A stretch of DNA of 64,000 bases, from the NCBI GenBank assembly GCA_964649705.1, contig CAZYRM010000006.1:6306-70305 (forward strand), written 5' to 3'. The translations under genes and the position numbers were made by a program. The notes beneath the pieces are model-generated. The model searched no databases. It was not told where the DNA came from and saw only the letters and a list, made by a program, of their open reading frames with translations. This DNA is from an uncultured Planctomycetia bacterium (GTDB lineage: Bacteria > Planctomycetota > MHYJ01 > WSZJ01 > CAZYRM01). Numbering within the stretch: position 1 is the first letter of the stretch; every line of letters starts with the position of its first letter. Of this stretch, positions 1-7,339 are shown piece by piece.

Positions 1-1
1 T

Positions 2-529
2 CGAGAGCTGGGCGAGCACGCCGCGGTCCGCTACGAGCGGTCGGACTGGCAGGCGTTCCTAGCGGCGTGGATCCCCTCCGCCGCCGCGGGCGACAAGCTC
101 GTCCCGACGCCGTTCGCCCCGCACGTCGCCTTCGAGTGGGTTCGCGGGTCGATTCCCGGCGCGGCGTGGGAGCCTCTCGATCCGCCGCGAGGGAGCGGGC
201 TACCGTTCGAGCGCATCGGCCGGACCGGCACGCTCTGCCTCTCCCACGCCGACTGGGTCTGCCCCGTCGATTGTTCGGAGCCGTCGACCTGCCCGGCGAT
301 CTCCGCGCCGCGGACGTGGGAGATGCGCGAAACCGTGCAGCGCCTCGGGGCCACGGATATCATCGTGAGCCGCCACGCCGTGGACGGGGTGGCCTGGATC
401 GACGTCGCGGACCTGCTCGCCCTGAGGACCCGCCTCGCCTCGCTCCGCGAGCCTACCCGCGTCGCCCTCGCTACCGTCTCCTCCTGTCACGGCGCGATGA
501 CGTGCGGCACCTGGCGCCCGGGCAAGTAG
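2..529 (+). CDS. hypothetical Cys-rich protein, 5'-partial (runs off window start); C-terminal CPVDC...TCP...CHGAMTCG motifs suggest metal binding
   Basis: Open frame from window edge to TAG at 527-529; GC3-rich codon usage; no recognisable family from motifs alone. Confidence 0.35.
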   Translation, partial: RELGEHAAVRYERSDWQAFLAAWIPSAAAGDKLVPTPFAPHVAFEWVRGSIPGAAWEPLDPPRGSGLPFERIGRTGTLCLSHADWVCPVDCSEPSTCPAISAPRTWEMRETVQRLGATDIIVSRHAVDGVAWIDVADLLALRTRLASLREPTRVALATVSSCHGAMTCGTWRPGK

Positions 530-533
530 ACAC

Positions 534-1289
534 GTGAATTCCAATCCCTCCATCGGGCTGTTCGCCTTCTCCCTCGGCGCGGGGTGGGTCGTTTCCCTCC
601 TGTTCGTCGCCTGGGGGAAGATCACGCGCAAGTTTTTCCTCATGAACGCCGCGTTCGCGGCCTTCTTCGCCGGGACCGGCGGCTGGCTCCTCTGGCGCGG
701 GGGCGCGGAGGCGTACGGGCCGCTGGGCGCCGGGGCCGCCTTCGCGCTCCTCCTCGCGGCGCTCCTCTTCCTCCCCGACGGCGCGGCCCGAGCCGGCCTG
801 TGGCTCGCCTCCGCTGTGTCCCTTGCGGGGATCGCCCTCGCCACGAAGGCGGTCTGGCCGGCACTCTCCATCGCCAGCGGCGGGATCGCCATGGGGACGG
901 TCTTGAGCGCCATGATCCTCGGCCACTGGTACCTCGCCGGGCCCGGCCTCTCGTTCGACCTGCTCGTCCGGGCCTCGAAGGTCTTCCTCGGGTCGCTCGT
1001 CGCGCGGCTCGTCCTGGTCCTCGTGGTCCTCGCCGTCTACCGGGACCTCGGGACGCTCGGAGGGGTCGTCTCGAACAGCTCCACGGCCGTCTTCCTCTCG
1101 GGCGTGCTCTGGACGCGGCTCGTGGCGGGGCTCGCGGCGCCCATCGTCTTCGCGTGGATGGTCTGGCAGTGCGCGCGGATCAAGAGCAACCAGTCGGCGA
1201 CGGGGATCCTCTACGCGACGATCGTGTTCGTCCTTGTCGGGGAGGCGCTGGCGCAGTATTACAGGGCCCAGACCGGGGTGCCGGTGTAG
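534..1289 (+). CDS. hypothetical polytopic membrane protein
   Basis: 251 aa ORF, multiple hydrophobic helices (GWVVSLLFVAW, LLLAALLFL, LVLVLVVLAV etc.). Confidence 0.5.
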   Translation: MNSNPSIGLFAFSLGAGWVVSLLFVAWGKITRKFFLMNAAFAAFFAGTGGWLLWRGGAEAYGPLGAGAAFALLLAALLFLPDGAARAGLWLASAVSLAGIALATKAVWPALSIASGGIAMGTVLSAMILGHWYLAGPGLSFDLLVRASKVFLGSLVARLVLVLVVLAVYRDLGTLGGVVSNSSTAVFLSGVLWTRLVAGLAAPIVFAWMVWQCARIKSNQSATGILYATIVFVLVGEALAQYYRAQTGVPV

Positions 1290-1303
1290 GAGGTGTGAGA
1301 GGA

Positions 1304-1572
1304 TGTCGTTCAAGCACGAGGTGCTTCAGCAAGCGTGGTGCCGGAGCGGGGCGCAGTGCGAGTGCAAGGTGAAGGACCACGGACACCCGGGGCGCTGCAC
1401 GAGGCAGATGATCCACCCGAAGAAGGGGAAGCAGACGCCTGGCGGCTGGGAGGCCAAGAAGCACGACCAGGCCAAGCCCGCCGACGTCGAGAACACCCTC
1501 TGCCTCTGCTGGCCGTGCTACGCGCACGGCAAGACCGCCGCGCCGGCGGATGCGGGGATGAAGCGCAAGTGA
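1304..1572 (+). CDS. small HNH-nuclease-like protein (YajD-like)
   Basis: AGGAGG RBS about 10 nt upstream of ATG 1304. Motifs CECK...HP..GK..GG...N.LCLCWPC fit the HNH C-C-H-N-C-C pattern. Confidence 0.45.
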
Positions 1573-2021
1573 GCGCACAGGTAGCCTGGAGCTGCGTCGG
1601 CTGCGGGGTCCGCCTCGAGACGGAGCCCGTCGCGACGATCCCGTCCTGCCCGAGGTGCGGGGCGACGAACCCCTGGGCCCCGAGCGAGGAGGTCCTCAAC
1701 GGAAGGGGGCCGGACCGCTGCGCGGTCTGCGGACGGAGCGAGCTGTACCGGGAGAAGGTCGTGAACCGCGCCCTGGGGCTGGGCATCGTGATCGTCGCGG
1801 CCGTCCTCGCGCCGTTCACGTACTACATCAGCCTCGCCGTCGCCGCGGTCATCGACGCGCTCCTGTACCGGTTCCTAAGCGAGCGGGGGGTCTGCTACCT
1901 GTGCCGGGCGGAGTATCGCGGGTTCCCCGGAATCCCCTCGCTGGGGAAGTTCGACCTGCACGTCGCCCAGGTGATGACCCGCTACAAGTGGCCTCCTCAG
2001 GAGGCCGAGAAGCATGCTTGA
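1569..2021 (+). CDS. zinc-ribbon domain membrane protein
   Basis: GTG start overlapping upstream stop (GTGA); two CxxC pairs (CVGCG, CPRCG, CAVCG) then two TM helices. Confidence 0.45.
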   Translation: MSAQVAWSCVGCGVRLETEPVATIPSCPRCGATNPWAPSEEVLNGRGPDRCAVCGRSELYREKVVNRALGLGIVIVAAVLAPFTYYISLAVAAVIDALLYRFLSERGVCYLCRAEYRGFPGIPSLGKFDLHVAQVMTRYKWPPQEAEKHA

Positions 2022-2397
2022 CGCCGAATACAACGCGCAGGTGATGGAGCACTTCCTCAACCCGAGGAACGTCGGGGAGCTGAAGGACGCCAACGCCATC
2101 GGGACCGCGGTCAACCCGGCCTGCGGCGACACGATGAAGCTCTACATCAGGGTCGACGCCGGGCGGATCGTCGACCTCCGCTTCAAGACCTTCGGCTGAG
2201 GGGCCGCGATCGCGACGTCCTCGATGGGGACGGAGATCTTCCGTGGGAAGACGATCGACGAGGCCCTCGCGGTGACGAACGACCAGATCGTCGGCGCCCT
2301 CGGCGGCCTCCCCGAGCGCAAGGTCGTCTGCAGCGTCCTCGCCGTCTCGGCCCTCCGCGCCGCCGTCGATGAACTGCGGAAACGCGCGGGTCAGTGA
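2014..2397 (+). CDS. iscU: IscU/NifU-like Fe-S cluster scaffold protein interrupted by in-frame TGA at 2197-2199 (conserved Cys position); candidate selenoprotein or pseudogene
   Basis: N-term NPRNVG...PACGDTMKL...RFKTFG[TGA]GAAIATSSMGTEI...VVCSVLA matches the IscU core (E. coli FKTYGCGSAIASSS); same reading frame before and after TGA; GGAGG RBS 9 nt upstream of ATG 2014. Confidence 0.7.
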
Positions 2398-3914
2398 CGG
2401 AGCTTCTCGTACGCCTCCTTCAGGCGGTCCCCCAGGGGCTTCGCGTCGCGGCCGTCGTGGCACTCCGCGCAGATCGACGGCGACCCTCGCCGGATCAGCC
2501 CCTCCTCCTCGGGTGAGGCCGAATGGCGGCGACCGGGCCCGTGGCAGGTCTCGCACCCGACGTCCCGGAGGGCGGCGGCGTTCGCGTCGCGGGGCGAGTA
2601 TCCCGTCGGGTAGCCGTAGCCGGTGCTGTGGCACGTGATGCAGCCCGGGTAGTAGTGACGGTCCATGTTCTCGAGGACCTTGGTCGCGCTGCCGTGGGGC
2701 GTGGAGCTCCACTGCCGTGCCTGGGGCTCGTGGCACTTCAGGCACGCGTCCTTCCCCACGTAGCCGTCCGTGGGGTCGTTCTCCCTCGGCTCACTCGCAA
2801 AGCGGCGGGGCGCCGGTCCGGCGAGCGAGGGGTCCTCGGCGATGCGCCGCATGAACGCCTCGACCTGATCCGAGGTCCGCGCGTCCAGTTCGATCTTCTG
2901 CGCGATCTGGAACATCCCGTATGCGACGGGCGCGCCGTCGGCGCCCAGGTCGACGTAGCGGATCCCGCCGAAGCTCGACGAGGACGTCCCGAACAGCAGG
3001 AGCGGACCCACGGGCTCCATGGGGTCCTCGTAGACGACCCGGGTCCGCTCGTCCGTCAGCAGGCGGGAGGCGGCCAGGGGCCGTCCCGTCAGCACCAGGT
3101 CGGGCGGCGCGGGGAGCGCCGCGATCCGCGCGACGTCCTCGCGAGAGAGGTCCCCGGTCAGGACGACGAGGTCGCCTCGGCCCTTGAGCGGGGCGACGGC
3201 GGCGGCCGCCTGCGCGGCGGCGTCGGGGTGGCCCCAGACGGGCGGCTTGGGGCCCGCGGGCGCGACGCGCATTCCCGGCGGGGGCTCGGGGGGGCTGTCG
3301 GCGCACACGACGGAGAGGGAGCGGCCGCCCAGCGCCAGGGTCACGGGGAGGCCTCCAATCGTCAGGAGGGGAGGGCCCGCCGCGGCGAGCGAGGACTGCA
3401 GGTCGGCCGTCAGGAACCCCCTCCCGCCGCCGACGGCGAAGGCCGAGAACGGAAGGTCCTTCAGGATCGCCGCGTAGACCCGCTGTCGCTCGCGATCGAG
3501 GGGGGAGTCGCCGTCGAGCGCCCCGCCGGCGTCGATCAGCGCGGTGCGCGGCGGCCCCTTCGCGAGCCGTCGAAGGAGCGCGGCCGAGTGGGCGAAGCGG
3601 ACGTTCTGCTTGCACGCGCAACTGTCCAGGCGGGACATCGTGCCGCCGATCCACACGAGGCGCAGCTCCGCGGGGGCCTCTCGGATGGTGACGCGGACCT
3701 CGAGGCGATCCGCCTCCTCGGTCATCCGTACCGTCCGCGGAGTCGTAGGCGCGGGGGGGCGCATCGGCGCGACGACGCGCGGCGGTGAGGGGGCCGGCGG
3801 TCGTGCGGGGCGCGGAGTCCAGGCGGGGCGGGTGCCCGGCAGCGCGAGGCACACGAGCACGCCGACGCCGACCAGCAAGCTGGCCCTGCCAGTGGCGACG
3901 ATCGACCATCCCAT
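2391..3914 (-). CDS. multiheme cytochrome c family protein (4 CxxCH) with N-terminal signal peptide and large N-terminal domain
   Basis: CLKCH, CITCH, CETCH, CAECH heme-binding motifs in C-terminal 120 aa; start chosen at MGWSIVATGRASLLVGVGVLVCLA (longest ORF reaches 3986). Confidence 0.65.
   Translation of the reverse strand: MGWSIVATGRASLLVGVGVLVCLALPGTRPAWTPRPARPPAPSPPRVVAPMRPPAPTTPRTVRMTEEADRLEVRVTIREAPAELRLVWIGGTMSRLDSCACKQNVRFAHSAALLRRLAKGPPRTALIDAGGALDGDSPLDRERQRVYAAILKDLPFSAFAVGGGRGFLTADLQSSLAAAGPPLLTIGGLPVTLALGGRSLSVVCADSPPEPPPGMRVAPAGPKPPVWGHPDAAAQAAAAVAPLKGRGDLVVLTGDLSREDVARIAALPAPPDLVLTGRPLAASRLLTDERTRVVYEDPMEPVGPLLLFGTSSSSFGGIRYVDLGADGAPVAYGMFQIAQKIELDARTSDQVEAFMRRIAEDPSLAGPAPRRFASEPRENDPTDGYVGKDACLKCHEPQARQWSSTPHGSATKVLENMDRHYYPGCITCHSTGYGYPTGYSPRDANAAALRDVGCETCHGPGRRHSASPEEEGLIRRGSPSICAECHDGRDAKPLGDRLKEAYEKLRH
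3870..3893 (-). repeat. copy 1 of 24-nt in-frame element (GACCAGCAAGCTGGCCCTGCCAGT), encodes TGRASLLV in cytochrome signal region
   Basis: 22/24 match to consensus GACCAGCAAGCTGGCCTTGCCAGG. Confidence 0.7.
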
Positions 3915-4272
3915 GCCTCGTGGTCGCGGCGGCTCGGTGGACCCCGCGGTCGGGGGGGGCGGCTTGTGGGGGCGCTTCTTGGACATCGGCCTGGGGAATC
4001 CTCCTCGACGACCATGCTATCGATCGGCGAACGGAGGCTCAATCCTGTCGTTCGGCGCGGCCGGTGTTCCATGTCGGACGCGCGGGCGCAATCCCACCTG
4101 GAACCCCTGGCCGGTCCGATTTCCCTTCGGGCGCTTAACCGCCGATCGGGCAAGGCGTTCCAGTGCGAGGGGATTCCGCGCCTCGGGTGCGAGGCTTGCA
4201 CACCAATCTCCTTGATGCCCGGCGCGCCGGAACGTACCATTCGCGTTCCGGAAGGCATCCAAGGAGGCTCGG

Positions 4273-4794
4273 ATGGGTCTCGACAAGGGCCCCGACAAGA
4301 TCAGCAACATCTTCATCGGGAAGTACGAGGAGGTCGTCAAGTGGGCCCGGAGCAATTCCGTCTGGCCCATGACGTTCGGCATCGCCTGCTGCGCGATCGA
4401 GATGATGGCGACGGGCGCCTCGCGCTATGACATCGACCGCTTCGGGTCGGGCGCCTTCCGCGGATCGCCGCGGCAGTCCGACCTCATGATCGTCGCGGGG
4501 ACCGTGACCGCGAAGATGGCCCTCGTCGTGAAGCGCCTCTACGAGCAGATGCCCGAGCCGAAGTACGTCCTCGCGATGGGGGCCTGCACGGTCGGAGGCG
4601 GCCCGTACTACAAGTGGGGCTATCACGTCGTGAAGGGGATCGACAAGTTCGTCCCCGTCGACGTCCACGTCCCCGGCTGACCCCCCCGGCCCGAGTCCCT
4701 GTTGGAGGGGCTCATGCGACTGCAGGAGAAGATCCGCGCCCGCAGCATGGCCGTGCCCACGCGGGAGCCCGAGAAGTCGGCCACCGCGTCGTAG
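4273..4794 (+). CDS. nuoB: NADH-quinone oxidoreductase subunit B (NuoB/Nqo6) with in-frame TGA at 4678-4680 at the position of the 4th N2-cluster cysteine; candidate selenoprotein or pseudogene
   Basis: [21 protein letters not shown], then VDVHVPG[TGA][18 protein letters not shown] matching conserved VDVY(I/V)PGCPPRPEAL; same frame through TGA; continues to TAG 4792-4794. Confidence 0.8.
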
Positions 4795-4802
4795 GAGGAG
4801 AG

Positions 4803-5939
4803 ATGCCCGAGCTGGTCGAACGAGCCCTCGACACGGAGGAGATGTTCCTCAACATGGGGCCGCAGCACCCCAGCACGCACGGGGTGCTCCGCCTCCTCCT
4901 CAAGACCGACGGCGAGATGGTGGAGGAGATCACGCCGTACATCGGCTACCTCCACCGCTGCGCCGAGAAGATCGGCGAGAACCTGACGTACCTCCAGTTC
5001 ATCCCGTACACCGACCGCACCGACTACCTCTCCTCGATGTCCGACAACCTCGGCTTCTGCCTCGCCGTCGAGAAGCTGATGAACATCGAGATCCCGCCGC
5101 GCGCGGTCTGGCTGCGCGTGATGATGGCGGAGCTTCAGCGGATTGCCAGCCACCTGCTCGCGCTCGGGACGTTCGGGATGGACGTCGGCGCCTTCACGCC
5201 GTTCCTCTACGCCTTCCGCGAGCGGGAGATCGTGCTCAACCTCTTCGAGCAGGCGAGCGGCGCCAGGCTCCTCTACAACTACGTGCGCCTCGGCGGCGTC
5301 GCGCGCGACATCACGCCGAAGTTCGTCAAGGAGCTCCAGGAGTTCATCGACATCTTCCCGGAGCGCGTGGACGAGTACAACCAGCTCCTCACGGAGAACT
5401 CGATCTTCATCCAGCGCGCGGCGAACGTCGGCGTGCTGCCCGCCGACGTGGGGATCGCCTACGGCTGCACGGGACCGACGCTCCGCGGGTCGGGGATCCC
5501 CTGGGACGTCCGGAGGGTCGACCCTTACAGCGGGTACGACCAGTTCCAGTTCGAGGTCTGCGTCGGGAAGGGGAAGAAGGGCGCGGTCGGCGACTGCTGG
5601 GACCGGTACGAGGTCCGCATCCTCGAGATGCTGGAGTCGCTCAAGATCGTCAAGCAGGCCCTCGACGGACTGCCCGCGGGGCCGATCATCTCCCCGAAGC
5701 TTCCGAAGACCGTGAAGCCGAACAAGGGGGAGGCCTACGCGCGGATCGAGAACCCGCGCGGCGAGATCGGCTACTACATCGCCTCGGACGGCAAGGAGAA
5801 GCCGTACCGGGTGAAGGTGCGCGCCCCCAGCTTCAGCAACCTGTGCGTGCTCCCCGTGCTCGCGCGGGGGTACCTGGTCGCCGACGTGGTCGCCATCCTG
5901 GGAAGCCTCGACATCGTCCTGGGGGAGATCGATCGCTGA
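4803..5939 (+). CDS. nuoD: NADH-quinone oxidoreductase subunit D (NuoD/Nqo4), 49 kDa subunit
   Basis: MGPQHPSTHGVLRL...YLHR.AEK...ends DIVLGEIDR (NuoD-type C-terminus, no NiFe CxxC motifs); AGGAGG RBS upstream. Confidence 0.85.
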   Translation: MPELVERALDTEEMFLNMGPQHPSTHGVLRLLLKTDGEMVEEITPYIGYLHRCAEKIGENLTYLQFIPYTDRTDYLSSMSDNLGFCLAVEKLMNIEIPPRAVWLRVMMAELQRIASHLLALGTFGMDVGAFTPFLYAFREREIVLNLFEQASGARLLYNYVRLGGVARDITPKFVKELQEFIDIFPERVDEYNQLLTENSIFIQRAANVGVLPADVGIAYGCTGPTLRGSGIPWDVRRVDPYSGYDQFQFEVCVGKGKKGAVGDCWDRYEVRILEMLESLKIVKQALDGLPAGPIISPKLPKTVKPNKGEAYARIENPRGEIGYYIASDGKEKPYRVKVRAPSFSNLCVLPVLARGYLVADVVAILGSLDIVLGEIDR

Positions 5940-6472
5940 TGGTGCTCGACTACTTCAAGCAGGTCGTCCACGGCCTCTACACGGTCCTGGTGGGGATGAA
6001 GATCACCTGGCGCTACCTCTGGGTGAAGCCGGTGACGCTCCAGTACCCCGAGGAGATCTGGCATGTGCCGGACGGGTACCGCGGCTACCACGAGTACAGC
6101 GAGGCGCGGTGCATCGGCTGCTTCATCTGCGTGAAGGCGTGCCCGGTCGACTGCATCAGCATGGACATCACGCGCCAGAGCGGCGGGAAAAAGGCGATCA
6201 TCCACTCGTACGTGATCGACTTCACGAAGTGCATCTTTTGCAACCTCTGCTGCGAGCCCTGCCCGACGGAGCCGAAGTCAATTTGGATGGGCAAGGCCTA
6301 CGATATGAGCGTCCTGGCGGAGGACAAGGACAAGCTCGTGGTGGACTACTGCAAGCTCAAGACCGAGTACATCCCGTGGGCCGTGGGGGAACACATCCCG
6401 CCGTACAAGCCGGGGTCGGACGACAAGGCGCCGGAGCCGAAGGCTGCCGTTCCTGCGGGGAAGGGCGCGTAG
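5939..6472 (+). CDS. nuoI: NADH-quinone oxidoreductase subunit I (NuoI), 2x[4Fe-4S] ferredoxin subunit
   Basis: CIGCFICVKACP and CIFCNLCCEPCP motifs; ATG overlaps nuoD stop (ATGA). Confidence 0.8.
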   Translation: MVLDYFKQVVHGLYTVLVGMKITWRYLWVKPVTLQYPEEIWHVPDGYRGYHEYSEARCIGCFICVKACPVDCISMDITRQSGGKKAIIHSYVIDFTKCIFCNLCCEPCPTEPKSIWMGKAYDMSVLAEDKDKLVVDYCKLKTEYIPWAVGEHIPPYKPGSDDKAPEPKAAVPAGKGA

Positions 6473-6477
6473 GGACC

Positions 6478-7317
6478 ATGCCCGAGGCCCAGCAAGCAGG
6501 CCTTGCCAGGACCCCCCGGACACGCGCCCGCTGGCTCTGGGACGGCCCGTGGGCGCTCACGGGGAACCTCGCCAAGATTCGCGTGCTCGAGGACCTCATC
6601 GGGGAGTTCCCGAAGGGAGGACCCTCGGGGCGGGCCCGGATCCTCGACGTCGGCTGCGCGGGTCCGAGCCCTCTCAACCTGTGGGAGCCGTTCTTCGCGA
6701 GTCCTGAGGCGCCGCCGATCGAGGTCCAGGGCGTGGACGTCGACGCGGCCGGCGTGGAGGCCGTGCGGAGGCTCGCCAGGGAGCGCGGTTGGCCGCAGGT
6801 GGCTCGCCTGGAGGTCGGCTCGGCGTACGACCTGCCGCGCCTCTTCGCGCCGGGGACGTTCGACGCGGTGGTTTCGACGCAGGTGCTCGAGCACCTGGCG
6901 CGACCTGAGGAGTTCCTGCGCGGGGCGGCGGAGGTGACGAGGCCGGGCGGCCTGTGCTACGTCACGTTCGACTCGGGGCACTTCCCGTCGCACGACGCGG
7001 CCTGGAAGCGCCTCGCGCGGCGCTTGCTCGTGGCGCTCGGCAAGGAGCGGTACCACGAGAGGGGCCTGACGGAGACCGAGGTCGAGCGGATGGCGCGCGC
7101 TTGCGGTCTCTCGACGGTCGAGACGAGGTTCTACAACCTGCACGACGTGAAGCGGATCCACAACCACGGCGTCTCGGCGGACCGGAAGAACCGCCTGGCC
7201 GAGGTGTGGATGGAGCTGGAGGACTTCCTGAACGACGACCGCGCCTTCCTCGAGAGGGGAAGGCACTGGTTCGCAGGGATCTACATCAAGCTTCGGAAGT
7301 CGGAGTCGCGCCCGTAA
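6478..7317 (+). CDS. class I SAM-dependent methyltransferase
   Basis: ILDVGCAGPSPL glycine-rich SAM motif, Methyltransf_11-like; contains element copy at codons 4-11. Confidence 0.65.
   Translation: MPEAQQAGLARTPRTRARWLWDGPWALTGNLAKIRVLEDLIGEFPKGGPSGRARILDVGCAGPSPLNLWEPFFASPEAPPIEVQGVDVDAAGVEAVRRLARERGWPQVARLEVGSAYDLPRLFAPGTFDAVVSTQVLEHLARPEEFLRGAAEVTRPGGLCYVTFDSGHFPSHDAAWKRLARRLLVALGKERYHERGLTETEVERMARACGLSTVETRFYNLHDVKRIHNHGVSADRKNRLAEVWMELEDFLNDDRAFLERGRHWFAGIYIKLRKSESRP
6488..6510 (+). repeat. copy 2 of 24-nt in-frame element (CCCAGCAAGCAGGCCTTGCCAGG), encodes QQAGLAR
   Basis: sequence identity to other copies. Confidence 0.7.
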
Positions 7318-7321
7318 GGGC
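7302..7321 (+). repeat. 20-nt repeat GGAGTCGCGCCCGTAAGGGC containing TAA stop inside a GNRA-type (GTAA) hairpin; copy 1
   Basis: identical 20-mer at 8833-8852; both genes end ...ESRP*. Confidence 0.6.
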
Positions 7322-7339
7322 CCCGGGAGGATCACCGCC

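Noticed and set aside
2197-2199. Treating the iscU and nuoB interruptions as frameshifts or separate small ORFs
   Set aside because: Reading frame is identical before and after each TGA and the alignment to family consensus is continuous. Only the stop codon replaces a conserved Cys.
4150-4272. Possible sigma-54 promoter upstream of nuoB (GGTGCgaggcTTGCA)
   Set aside because: -24 element is GGTGC not TGGC and spacing is off.
4614-4802. N-terminal extension of the nuoD ORF ([18 protein letters not shown]...)
   Set aside because: Overlaps the nuoB 3' end in another frame and is Arg-rich. The true nuoD start is ATG 4803 with an AGGAGG RBS and a conserved N-terminus.
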